From contig JAVECO010000102.1 in the NCBI GenBank assembly GCA_051942205.1, positions 62,001 to 83,699 of the forward strand: DNA of 21,699 nt, given 5' to 3'. Below, piece by piece: positions 9,274 to 19,384 of the stretch (position 1 is the stretch's first letter; the number at the start of each line of letters is the position of its first letter). Made by a program: the position numbers and the translations under genes. Under the pieces are notes generated by a model, which worked only from the letters and a program-made list of their open reading frames with translations, was not told where the DNA came from and searched no databases. The stretch comes from Coniocarpon cinnabarinum (taxonomy: Eukaryota).

Positions 9274-10241
9274 GGTGATGCTGCTGCTCGTGGGCGTGCG
9301 CCCGTGGAATGGTGTGTAGACAGATAGATGTTGATGGATTATCTGGGTGCCATCGGCGGCTGTACTGAGTAGCTGCCTTGCGTGCCTGCGCAGCTTGGTT
9401 ACCGTACAGCAGCCAAGTGATGAGAGCGAACGGTCCTGTCGCAGCAACGCCGGCAGACTGTCAAGACCAACATGGCGACAACGGCAACAGCAAAAGTCTT
9501 AAAGGCAGCGGGTGTGACCTGAAGCTGACGGGCAAGGAGGTAGCGAGCAAGAGGTGAAACAATGGCGCGTGGCTGTTCTCGATTTAGGAGCCAATAGCGA
9601 TCCCCTAGCGTGTTAGTTTGGCTGTCCTAGGGCGTCGGCTGGGCCTTGGCCGCCGGGGGGGCGTAAAAGTCCCCTGTGAGTGTGCGGCGTTGACGCAAGA
9701 GACGGCTGACACTGTCCGTTTTGGTAGGCGTGCGTTGAATGGCCTCGCGTGCGTCGCGTGGGCTATTAGTAATCTTGTCGTCGACCTTGCATCACAGCGC
9801 GACTTCCTCGGTCATGCAGTCGCGGTGTCGTGCTGATTCAGGGTTCTGCTGGCCTGTAGCAGACTCGCAGATATTGTTTGCAGTCTTGAAGGCCGATCTT
9901 GAAGCTCTTGAATCTAGCGTTGACTGAAGCGCGCGCAGTGCAGACCATGATGAGCGATACAGCCATCGTGTCCGAGTGAAACCCGAAGTCGTGCTTGATG
10001 TCTTGTACTTGAGCAATTCTCAGTAGATGTCGCTTGTAACGGTACCAGATCATAAGCCCCACTACCAGCTTGTGGTGGTGCAATTGCTTAGAAATGATCA
10101 CCAATCTCCTTCGGCACTGGCTGCATCAGGGAACAGAACCTCCATTACCCCAACGCGACTGTGTAAATAAAAGAGAGGACAGAGAGTAGTGCAGATTGCA
10201 CCTCGGTATAGCTAACCTGAGATGTCGTCGCCACTGCAATC

Positions 10242-11170
10242 ATGGCCTCCAAACAACCAAACATCGATCTCTACACCACTGGCACTCCTAATGGCATCAA
10301 GATCTCCATCACGTTAGAGGAGCTGGGGTGAGATAGTATGTTTCAAAGTAGCACATATCCTTCTAACACGCGCACAGCATTCCCTACAAAACGCACAAGA
10401 TTGACATCTCCAAAAACACCCAAAAAGAACCATGGTTCCTCGAGATCAATCCCAATGGTCGCATCCCTGCCATGACTGACACATTCGACGATGGCAAGTC
10501 TATTCGTCTGTTCGAGTCGGGCTCTATGATGCAGTACCTGGTTGCGACCTACGACAAGGACTTCAAAATCAGCTTTCCGCCAGGCACTCGAGAGTATTAC
10601 GAGATGAACAACTGGCTCTTCTTCTTGAACGCTGGGGTTGGGCCTATGCAGGGGCAGGCGAATCACTTCACGCGGTGGGCGATCTTGTTGAAAGCCAATT
10701 TTTCAGCCCGTATTGATGCATCACAGATACGCCCCCGAGCCGATCGAGTATGGTATCAACCGGTATCAGAATGAAACGCGTCGTCTCTACGGTGTGCTGG
10801 AGAACCACTTGAAGTCGACGAAGCAGGACTACCTCGTCGGCAATAAATGCACTATTGCCGATATTGCGCATTGGGGGTGAGTGGAGACTCATTTAAAAGC
10901 AGCATGCAACCAGGAAAGGCACTAACGAAATCAATCAGCTGGATCGCAGCCAGTGGATGGGCAGGCGTAGACATTGCAGAGTTCCCCGTCCTGAGAGCAT
11001 GGCTGGATAGGATGGCGGCACGGCCAGGCGTCGCCAAGGGCAAAGACGTGCCAGATCCATACAAGCTCGCCGACCTCCTGAAAGACCCTCAGAAAGTGAA
11101 GGAGGTCATGGAAAAGTCGCGGGCATGGATCCAACAAGGGATGAAGGAGGACGCGAAGAAGCAGAGCTAG
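10242..11170 (+). CDS. Glutathione S-transferase, Ure2p-like class, 254 aa; exons 10242-10327, 10378-10674, 10727-10876, 10939-11170
   Basis: Motifs include IDLYTTGTPNGIKISITLEELG, QKEPWFLEINPNGRIPA, LFESGSMMQYL, GVGPMQGQANHF, YQNETRRLYGVL and TIADIAHWGW. The three introns are 10328-10377, 10675-10726 and 10877-10938. Confidence 0.93.
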
Positions 11171-11252
11171 ACGGTGTGAGAATTTGATGTATTCGTCTGG
11201 GCTTCCTGTCGCCGCTGTCATAACGCCATTTTCGCTTTCTTTGGCGATGCTT

Positions 11253-11712
11253 CTAAGTGATGCTCGGCCCTCTGTGTGGAATGTATGGATGTGGCTTCAT
11301 GTCGACGTCCTCTGGCTTTTGATCGGGTATTAGTCCTAATCGCCTGATCTCGCCCACCGACTGTGATTCCTCTCTGCCGTTTTTCAAAAGTCGTTTTGCG
11401 TATTCTTGTTGCATTGCTCTTACTTTCGCGAGCTGCGCGCGACATGCTGGTCAGCAAACTGGGCGACAATTTGAATGGACAACGCAACCGACCTCTTTTT
11501 TGTGATGCAAGCACTCGTAGTAGTCTTCGAGCGCCGGCTTGCACTTGGCTTGCCCGGACACGTCCTCCGCAGAGGTGTTCACGACGTAGCAGGCCAGGAC
11601 TTCCTGCCAGAAGGGAAAGCACCGGGAGGGACCTGGACTGAAGGTGAGCGCTTTTGCAGCGTGTACCAAGCGATGAGCACTTACCACCGGCTGATCCATA
11701 TCCTGAAGACAT
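11253..11712 (-). CDS. NDUFS5: Complex I accessory subunit NDUFS5 homolog (15 kDa / NIPM type, four-Cys CX9C-like), 115 aa; exons 11712-11685, 11632-11493, 11432-11253
   Basis: The spliced product is MSSGYGSAGGPSRCFPFWQEVLACYVVNT...KCKPALEDYYECLHHKKE|LAKVRAMQQEY..., with the twin CX9C and EDYxECLHHxKE signature. Introns are 11684-11633 (GTAAGT...CAG) and 11492-11433 (GTCGGT, CTGAC, CAG). Confidence 0.88.
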
Positions 11713-12004
11713 TGCGGGCGGCGAATGTCGGGAGTGTGCACTGGACTTCGTTGCAAGCTTGCCCAGCTCAAGCTGCTGCAATTGATGGTCTTGGCGGCGC
11801 GGCGCACATCCGGAGAGCTTAAGATCCGGTATACTGAGTTACTCCAAATAGCAACTATCCACCACCTACTTCGCGTCATATGTTCGCCTCCAGACGTAGG
11901 CTTCACATTTCCTCTTGTATCCGCGGCTGCTGCGGCTGATTACTTTCTTCTTCCCGTACATACAGACAGCGGATCCTTCCATTTCGTGGCCTGCTTCTCC
12001 TCGC
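11713..12004. promoter_or_regulatory. 292-bp divergent intergenic region shared by NDUFS5 and the m-AAA protease gene
   Basis: The ATGs at 11712 (-) and 12005 (+) are head-to-head. Confidence 0.5.
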
Positions 12005-14770
12005 ATGGCCAACTATCTCCGCCCCTCGTTGCAGTTTGCACGATTCTCGCGACAAACCCTCGAATCAGCCACACGGTCATCTCGTTCATCCAGTCCCGCA
12101 ATATGGCGACCACACAGATTACCGGCAAGGCCATGCGGCGTACGCTGTTACGCTTCTCGAAGGAAAGGAGAGGATGGCAAGTCAAAACGATTGAGCGATC
12201 GAAGCAAGCCGGCTCCGGGAATGGAGAATCTCTATGGCAAGAACAGTGCTTTGAATTCGAATAACACCGTCAAATCACAAAGTAGCGATGCAGAATCGAT
12301 CTTGTCCGAACAGGATGAGAAGGACCTCAACGAGCTGGCAGAACTAATACAACGCGGCATGCCCAAGTCGCAGCAACACGACTTCCAGGCAGCAGTGAAG
12401 GCATTACGCAAAGAGGGCATACCGAACGACCTCCGTGACGTGTTGGATACGTGGAGAGGCAAAAAGTCGCTCGATCTCATCACCGCGGCCAAAGTCGTTC
12501 GTATTACTACCGGTCTGGCTAGGAAAGCCGCACAAAACCATTTCGACGAACGTGAAAAGGAGGAAGCAGATTCACGGTCCGAGAAGCAAAAGTCCGGAGC
12601 GCATGATCCTGGGCCGAGCTCGCGGCAGAATCGAGAGAAGAGCGGCGGTGATCAGAAGAGTAGTGGCAATTTTGGGAATTTCAAGGTTGGCGGCTACACT
12701 CTCGACGCAGGCACCATTCTCACATCCGCTTTCGTTTCCTTCATGCTTTATCGGTCACTGTTTCCTGGTGAGAACAGCAGAGATATCACGTGGCAAGAGT
12801 TCAGAACGCAGTTCTTCGACAGAGGTCTGGTTCAGAAGCTGACTGTTGTCAACCGCAATCGAGTCAAGGTCATACTTAACCAAGACGCCGTGCGGTCGTA
12901 TTATCCCGACTCACCCGCCGCCCACGGTGGATTCTTCTTCTACTTCAGCATCGGCGACGTCGCGACGTTCGAGCGCCATCTCGACGAAGCGCACAATGAG
13001 CTAGCGATTCCCTCATCGCAGCGGATACCGGTATCATACGTCGAGGAGACACCTGTCGCTGGCATTCTTCTGTCTTGGATACCGACTTTGTTGCTCATAG
13101 GCTCAACCTTTTGGCTGTTCCGAAGACAATCAGGCGGCAGTGGGTCCGGCGGTGGATTGTTTGGCATGGGTCGAAGTCGTGCGAAACGATTCAACCACGA
13201 AACCGACATCAAAGTCAGTTTCAAGGACGTCGCGGGCATGGATGAAGCTAAGCAGGAAATCACCGAGTTCGTGTCGTTCTTGAAGGAGCCTGAGCAGTAT
13301 CAGAAATTGGGTGCGAAGATCCCAAGAGGCGCCATCTTGTCTGGCCCTCCAGGTACTGGTAAGACTCTGCTGGCCAAAGCTACAGCCGGTGAATCTCAAG
13401 TGCCCTTCTTCTCCGTCAGCGGTTCAGAGTTCGTGGAGATGTTCGTGGGTGTCGGTGCGTCACGAGTGCGGGACCTCTTCGCCAACGCGCGAAAGAATGC
13501 GCCGTGCATCATCTTCATTGATGAAATTGACGCCATTGGCAAGTCGAGAGGCAAGAATGTCACCTCTGGTGGCAACGACGAGCGTGAGGCTACCCTGAAC
13601 CAGATCCTCACTGAAATGGACGGCTTCAGCACGTCTGAGCAAGTCGTCGTTTTGGCAGGCACCAACAGACAAGATGTGCTCGACAACGCGTTGATCCGTC
13701 CAGGGCGTTTCGACCGGAACATCCAAATCGACCGCCCGACCATGGAAGGCCGCAAGCAGATCTTCGCCGTGCACCTCAAGAAGATCGTCACCAAAGAAGA
13801 CGCCGAGTACCTTCAAGGCCGCCTGGCTGCCCTCACGCCCGGCTTCTCTGGTGCCGACATTGCTAACTGCGTCAACGAAGCCGCGCTCATTGCCGCTCGC
13901 TATAAGGCCGCAGATGTCACGATGCAGCATTTCGAAGCCGCCATCGAGCGCGTGATCGGCGGTCTTGAGAAGAAATCTCTCGTCCTCAACCCCGAAGAGA
14001 AGAAGACTGTCGCCTACCACGAAGCTGGCCACGCCATCTGCGGCTGGTTCTTCAAGTACGCGGATCCCCTTCTCAAAGTCTCTATCATTCCCCGCGGTCA
14101 GGGCGCGCTAGGATACGCCCAGTACCTTCCCGCTGGCGACACCTACCTTATGAACGTGAACCAACTCATGGACCGCATGTCCATGACCCTTGGTGGCCGC
14201 GTTTCCGAAGAGTTGCATTTCACCACAGTGACCTCCGGCGCCTCCGACGACTTCAACAAAGTCACTCGCATGGCAACCATGATGGTCACGAAATGGGGCA
14301 TGAGCGACAAAATCGGGCACCTCTTCTACGATGACGACGCGCAGCAGCAACTGCATAAACCTTTTTCGGAGGAAACCGCGAAAAACATAGACCACGAGGT
14401 GAAGCGTATCGTCGGCGAGGCGTATAAACAGTGTCGGGATCTGCTCAGTGAGAAGAAGAAGGAGATTGGGCTTGTGGCCGAGGAGTTGTTGAGTAAGGAG
14501 GTTTTGAGCCGGGATGATATGATTCGGCTGTTGGGGAAGCGGCCGTTTGAGGATTCGAGCCAGTGAGTTTTGCTCTGTGCTGTGTCATGTGTGAGGGCTG
14601 AAATTGACTGACATTGTTGCAGGGACTTCACGAAGTACTTTGGCTCGCGCGGTGACCGCGAAGGCGCCCCGGATCCCAAACCAGGCGAGGCTGAGCCTGA
14701 GAGCGGAGCGGGTGGGCCAATGCCTGGTGATATCGGACCAGCGCCTACGGCTTTCAGGGATTTAAAGTAA
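12005..14770 (+). CDS. AFG3: Mitochondrial inner-membrane m-AAA protease (Afg3/Yta12, FtsH family), 901 aa; exons 12005-14562 and 14623-14770
   Basis: An Arg/Ser-rich presequence starts at MANYLRPS. Two TM segments flank the ITWQEF domain. Walker A is GPPGTGKT, Walker B is IIFIDEID, the SRH includes RPGRFDR, and the Zn site is HEAGH. Intron 14563-14622 (GTGAGT, CTGAC, CAG) removes the apparent stop at 14564-14566. AFG3 versus YTA12 orthology is not resolvable by eye. Confidence 0.95.
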
Positions 14771-15181
14771 AGGTGAGGCACCCGTTCAGGAGGTGCTTTA
14801 GCAATGAATCCGTCACTGCGTGTTCGCGCCCAGAGCGGTACCGATCCGCCGAAGGAAGGACTTGATGCAGAGGACGAGGGGTGGAGCGGGGCGAAAGGAA
14901 GAAACCAAAGGTGCGGGCCGTTGTTGTGCTCTAAAGGACATTACGCAAGACGTTGAAGGAGTGGAGGCCAGAGCTCTCGGAAGTAACTACACCCGTTGCA
15001 AAAATGTTCGGGAAAGATATCGGAATTACGCTGCTGCATCATTACAGGAGTGGTGCAGGAAATGTACCTGTGCATGTGTGCATTGTATAGCGCCGCATCG
15101 CCATCTTCACTCAATAGCATGGCTGGATTCACTTTGTAGCGAATGCAAAACATTAACGTTTCCGGTTAATCGACCTCCTGG

Positions 15182-15295
15182 ACTTGATCCAGTTTGAATT
15201 GATCTAGCTTGACTTGAACTAGATTGACTCGAATTGATTCGTCTCACATTGACGCGATCTGAATTGACTAGCGTTGACTCAGCTTCTTGATTCGC
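15182..15295. repeat. Degenerate TTGA-periodic repeat tract
   Basis: TTGA(T/C/A) recurs about every 5-15 nt: ttgatccagt ttgaa ttgatctagc ttgac ttgaactaga ttgactcgaa ttgattcg... Confidence 0.55.
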
Positions 15296-15432
15296 AATAC
15301 AATGACCCGTTCAATAACATAAAAGAATAATGAGAAAACGGGACTTAGCTTCGTGCCTCTAGTGCTTGTTTCTCGAAGAAGTCATATCATTGCATCAGAC
15401 GCTGTTGTTTTAACCCCCTTAGTAGGGACGGT

Positions 15433-15840
15433 CTCGAGTCTCTAATGTCGAGTCCAATGTCGAGTCTAATGTCGAGTCCAATGTCGAGTCCAATGTCGAG
15501 TCTAGCCTCAGTCCACTTTCGAGTCTACTTTCGAGTCTACTTTCGGGTCTACTTTCGGGTCTACTTCTAAGTCTACTTTTAAATCTACGTTCGAGTCTTA
15601 TATCGAGTCTAATATCGAGTCTAATATCGAGCCTAATATCGAGTCTACTTTTAAGTCTACTTTCGAGTCCACTTTCGAGTCTACGTTCGAGTCTACTTTC
15701 GAGTCTACTTTCGAGTCTAATTTCGAGTCTAACTTCGAGTCCAATTTTAAGTCTAACTTCGAGTCCAATCTCGAGTCTACAACTCCAAGTCTAGTCTCAA
15801 CTTTACGTCAAATCTAATCTTAAGTCCATTTCCGAGTCTC
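15433..15840 (+). repeat. 12-bp tandem array of about 33 units, consensus TCGAGTC(T/C)A(CTT/ATG/ATA)
   Basis: Units such as tcgagtccaatg, tcgagtctactt, tcgagtctaata and tcgagtctaact are directly visible. The array decays after about 15780. Confidence 0.95.
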
Positions 15841-16730
15841 AAGTGATCTATCATCGAATCAGAGGCACGCTTAGAAGGTGAACATCTCACGTCTTCTGAT
15901 TTCAGATATCTCTGATTTCACAACCATAACGCCTCATATCCTCTCACCGTCTAAGCTCCTGTTTGCTATATCGCATACGCCTCGAATGCTATTTGCGACG
16001 TCTGCGCAGTCTGTTACTTGCTAGACATTAGTCTTCCTCTAAGCATAATCTCTATACCATCGCGAAGTATGAAATTCCAGCGCCACCACCCCTAAATGCT
16101 GGTGCCACCGCTCTACGCGACCCGCTCACACAAAATACGTCTATGCGCTCTATGATACAGATAGCGTCTTACTACATAAAGAGCCTTGCTTTACATATAA
16201 AACAACTCTGCTCTATCTCAAAGAGCTCTTCTTCATAGATAACCAAGGCGCTGCTTCACTTGAAAAAGCATTGTGCTTTATAGAACGCAGAGAAAGAGCT
16301 TGGTAGCGCGTATAAGAGCTTTGCTCTGTATTAGTCTTTATTTCTGTACTACGGGGGTGGCATCGGCACTTGGGGGTAGTGGCGCCCGAATAAACTTGTG
16401 GACTATGCTCTTAAAGCGTTTAATTAAGTACGTAAATTATCTTGAGATGATCGAGTCGTAGAATTGAAGCAGACTTTAAATCTAGCTGCGTTGTTTAAAA
16501 TGTGATTTCTTAGTAGCGAATTAGCGTCAACTCTGCCTAATCAGACGTGACTAGGCGCTCGCGCGCTACCCAGAACCGAGCTCTAGCATCGGCTCTTACT
16601 ATACTTTTGCCAAGTACTTCTACCGGATGCTTTCATCTTCTTACTTTTCCCTGTCTTTCTCGAAAGAAGAAAAGTTGCTGTATGTAGCTCGACATGGTTG
16701 TAATCATGGCTTGGGTACTCGACTCTGGCA

Positions 16731-16763
16731 TATGCTTCTGCTATGCTTCTGCTATGCTTCTGC
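16731..16763 (+). repeat. TATGCTTCTGC x3 perfect tandem repeat
   Basis: Directly visible. It is followed by a near-identical pair TTTGCTCTAT(A/G)GTTCTT at about 16773 and 16804. Confidence 0.85.
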
Positions 16764-17449
16764 GCTGTAGTTTTTTGCTCTATAGTTCTTTATTCCACGA
16801 TTCTTTGCTCTATGGTTCTTCGCGCCTGGATCCGCAACATCCTAAGGGAAGCGAAATTTCTCCAAGAGTATTTCCTTCTGGAATTACTTCGATTCCTTTC
16901 TGAAGTGAATTTATGTTCAAATAGATTTCCGGAACACGATGAAGCTATATTGTGCAAATTGAGTTTTGAAGTCTGGTTACTCTCAAATTCGGGCTGAGTA
17001 CTCAAAACAAAGTTGATTGTGCAATCACATCCAATTCCCAAATCAAAATGATCATCGTAGGCTTGAGGTCTCATGAATCAGCTCTTAAGTTGAACGGAAT
17101 CCACCTCAGGAATCAAAATCAAATCAAGCTGCTTGAGTTTGAATTGACTTGGGGAAATCAGGTGTCTGGAGAACTTATTATGGGGTGTTAGAATAGCAAC
17201 TCAATGAGTATGACTTGATAGCATAGTTTATGTGTCAAATTTATTGGCACGTTTGATGAGCGCGTTCTATACGATTTGTTTGAGGAGATCAGGCGTGAAT
17301 AGCGCTATTGACTTTGGCTCTCGCGGCCTCGCTTTGTGCTATTCTTGATGGATTGCAAGTTGGTAGATTAGCTGGCCAATATGTTTGCGGATTAGCAGCA
17401 TTCGAGCTCGTTAGTGACAATCATACTCCATCAGTCTCACTACCAGATG

Positions 17450-18210
17450 AGCCACGACAAATATCGTTACGAATCCTAGTCCGGACAACAATCGATCTAG
17501 TGAAAAACCTCTACACCAAGAGAAACTCAAGTCAGCAAGTCACTAGTACGACAACAAAACCCTGCGTCCCCTTTCATTTAAGACCGCTTGATAGTGCGGC
17601 AAAGATTATCCTACAAGGTATTTCCTACAAGGTTCTTTCCTACATACAGTCCCTAGAGACCCCTATCGTTGCGTTGGGTCTTACTCTTGATACTAGTCTC
17701 GCTTTGATGCTTTCGCGCGCACTTATCGTCAGCTTGAATCTAATGTCTGGAGCTTGCATCCTGAAAACAACTTATATCGCGAATATCCTTGATAATCGTC
17801 GTCTTTGTGGATCAGCTCTTCGCGCTCGATTCAATCATTGACTTACTCCCATATGATTTGCGAGATGACGAAAACTGTGATAAACACATGATCTATATTC
17901 GCCATCATCGGCCAGTCCAGGACTCCGGTGACTCAAAACGCTCACCGCCGCAACAAGTCGAGAAAAACCCAATTTCGAGTTTAAGTCCGGGGAGCGAGTC
18001 CCTTCAATAAGCATATTCCAGGTTTTAAAAAGATAGAATATGACCGTAAAGTCTTGTACCAAAGACGTCAATATGACCGATACTTTACCCAAAACCCTAT
18101 CGCGACGTGTAATCAGCTCTTGAGAACATAAAGACAGATGCACTTGACGGGTTGAGATTTCAATCACTTAGCTTTAGACTAGTTGAGTCTATTCAACTTA
18201 CTCGTTTTTT
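17450..18210 (-). pseudogene. Possible relic of a spliced gene of unknown function
   Basis: Two GTAAGT donors (18201 and 17846) pair with AAG acceptors (18143 and 17803) and flank an open 296-nt exon. The downstream frame is broken by repeated TAG/TAA codons, as expected from CAG/CAA to stop changes. Boundaries are approximate. Confidence 0.3.
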
Positions 18211-18274
18211 CAATCTTTTGCAAATATGTATAATTGCAGTTGATGCAAGTGCTGTTGATGCGACTGGAGCGAGA

Positions 18275-18456
18275 GGGACTCGAACGAAAGGGACTCGAAC
18301 TACGGGGAGGTACGAAAGGGAGGTAGGAAAGAGTAATTCCGTGGATCCGTTGCACCAAGTTTAACCAATTTCTTTTGCGCTATCGAGGGAAAGAAGTAAC
18401 GACAAAAAAGTGACGACAAAGGACCAACAATAAAAGAGTGACGACAAAAAAGTGAG
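18275..18456 (+). repeat. Cluster of short direct repeats: GGGACTCGAAC x2, GGGAGGTA x2, GACAAAAAAGTGA x2, AGTGACGACAAA x2
   Basis: Directly visible purine-rich duplications. Confidence 0.65.
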
Positions 18457-18649
18457 GGCCACCCACTACGAAGCAAAGAGTAGCGACGATACTGGAGATG
18501 GTGTCAAAGAGGGATAAAGCTGGGAATTACAAATTGTAGTCAGAAAAGCAGGTAAAGCGGTATTCTTACTAAAACCCTTATCAATAACCGCTGAGTATTG
18601 CTTATTATAGTGGAGTGATTAGCACTGATCGTTCTATTTTCATTCAATT

Positions 18650-19296
18650 ATATTCTCCATCATTGTGTTTTGTTATCGTTATGGATGTCTTTATAATCTT
18701 TACGGGAATCGCAGCACGTAGTTAGAATTAGTCGGAAATGAGGCGTAAATAACGATACGTCGATGGTATAGTTGTCGTTGTCGTTGTCGTCGTCGCCTTT
18801 GACTTCGACGGCTGCGGCAGCGATGAGTTAGCAGCGTTCGCGTCAGTTAAGCTCCGACAGTATAGGAATTTAACAACCATGCCCGTTGGTGACTAGGAAG
18901 TACTGCTCCTGCTAGTTGTGAGTTGCTGTGATATAACGGTTATAATACTGGTGGGAGCACAGTTGCTTTCTTAAGTTCTCTGTGAGGCTGTAAGATGCAT
19001 GAGGGCATGGAATCGGGAAGTGGACGCGGTGTATGAGAGCGACGAAGTAATGGAATAGTTGTGGCGAGCAAAGAAGGGTAGCAAAGGACATGATGTGGAG
19101 AGCGGAGTCTGTGATCGGGATATAAGCGGGCCGAGTCTCGTACTTTAAGGCGATAGTCTTGCTGGTTGATTGTCCTAATTAATAGAGTCAATGTGGATGT
19201 GGGAGGCGAGTAAAAGTGAGTCATCAGCGTATCATAGTGTATTGCATAGTCAAGTCGCGCAGAGAACTCGTGGTAATAAAACGTGTCGACTTGCAT
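18650..19296 (-). pseudogene. Possible degenerate gene: a 118-codon ORF plus a downstream exon-like segment
   Basis: The start context at 19296 is CAACATG and the ORF runs to 18940. A good branch point and acceptor (GCTAAC...GCAG, about 18833-18811) precede an open segment VEVKGDDDNDNDNYTIDV. I could not build a clean joined model. Confidence 0.25.
18772..18796 (+). repeat. (GTTGTC)3(GTC)n microsatellite
   Basis: The sequence gttgtcgttgtcgttgtcgtcgtcg reads as an Asp/Asn run on the minus strand. Confidence 0.75.
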
Positions 19297-19384
19297 GTTG
19301 AATTTTGTTGGAACTATCGAAGATAAACATGGTCATGCTCAATCGATCGTCGCATTGAGTACGCTCATGTCGACGCACATCGAA

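Larger units (their letters stand above)
15379..17216. mobile_element. Putative degenerate (RIP-mutated) DNA element with imperfect terminal inverted repeats
   Basis: The left end 15379-15426 is AAGTCATATCATTG(catcagac)GCTGTTGTTTTAACCCCCTTAGTAGG. The reverse complement of 17174-17216 is AAGTCATACTCATTG(a)GTTGCTATTCTAACACCCCATAATAAG. Most substitutions between them are transitions. A subterminal 12-mer array is present and the interior is stop-ridden. I recognised no transposase and no TSD. Confidence 0.45.

Noticed and set aside
8773..9327. 184-aa Gly/Glu/Val-rich plus-strand ORF
   Set aside because: Antisense shadow of the GC3-rich membrane-protein gene.
9618..10104. Several short ORFs between the membrane-protein gene and the GST gene
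   Set aside because: Short, non-ATG starts, no motifs. They lie in a divergent promoter region.
11915..12004. 30-codon upstream extension of the m-AAA ORF
   Set aside because: It relies on a TTG start. The first ATG, at 12005, begins a typical mitochondrial presequence.
12940..14781. Multiple 90-190 aa minus-strand ORFs
   Set aside because: Antisense shadows of the codon-biased m-AAA CDS.
15153..15176. TA-ACGTTTCCGGTTAATCGACC resembling a pogo/Fot1-type TIR start
   Set aside because: I found no inverted partner in the window and no DDE transposase remnant.
15433..15840. CRISPR-like or telomeric interpretation of the 12-mer array
   Set aside because: The context is eukaryotic, the variable part is only 3-5 nt and repeats in runs rather than being unique spacers, and there are no cas genes. 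The unit is not TTAGGG-like.
17308..17841. 177-aa plus-strand ORF
   Set aside because: TTG start, no in-frame ATG until late, no motifs. Splice signals point to the opposite strand.
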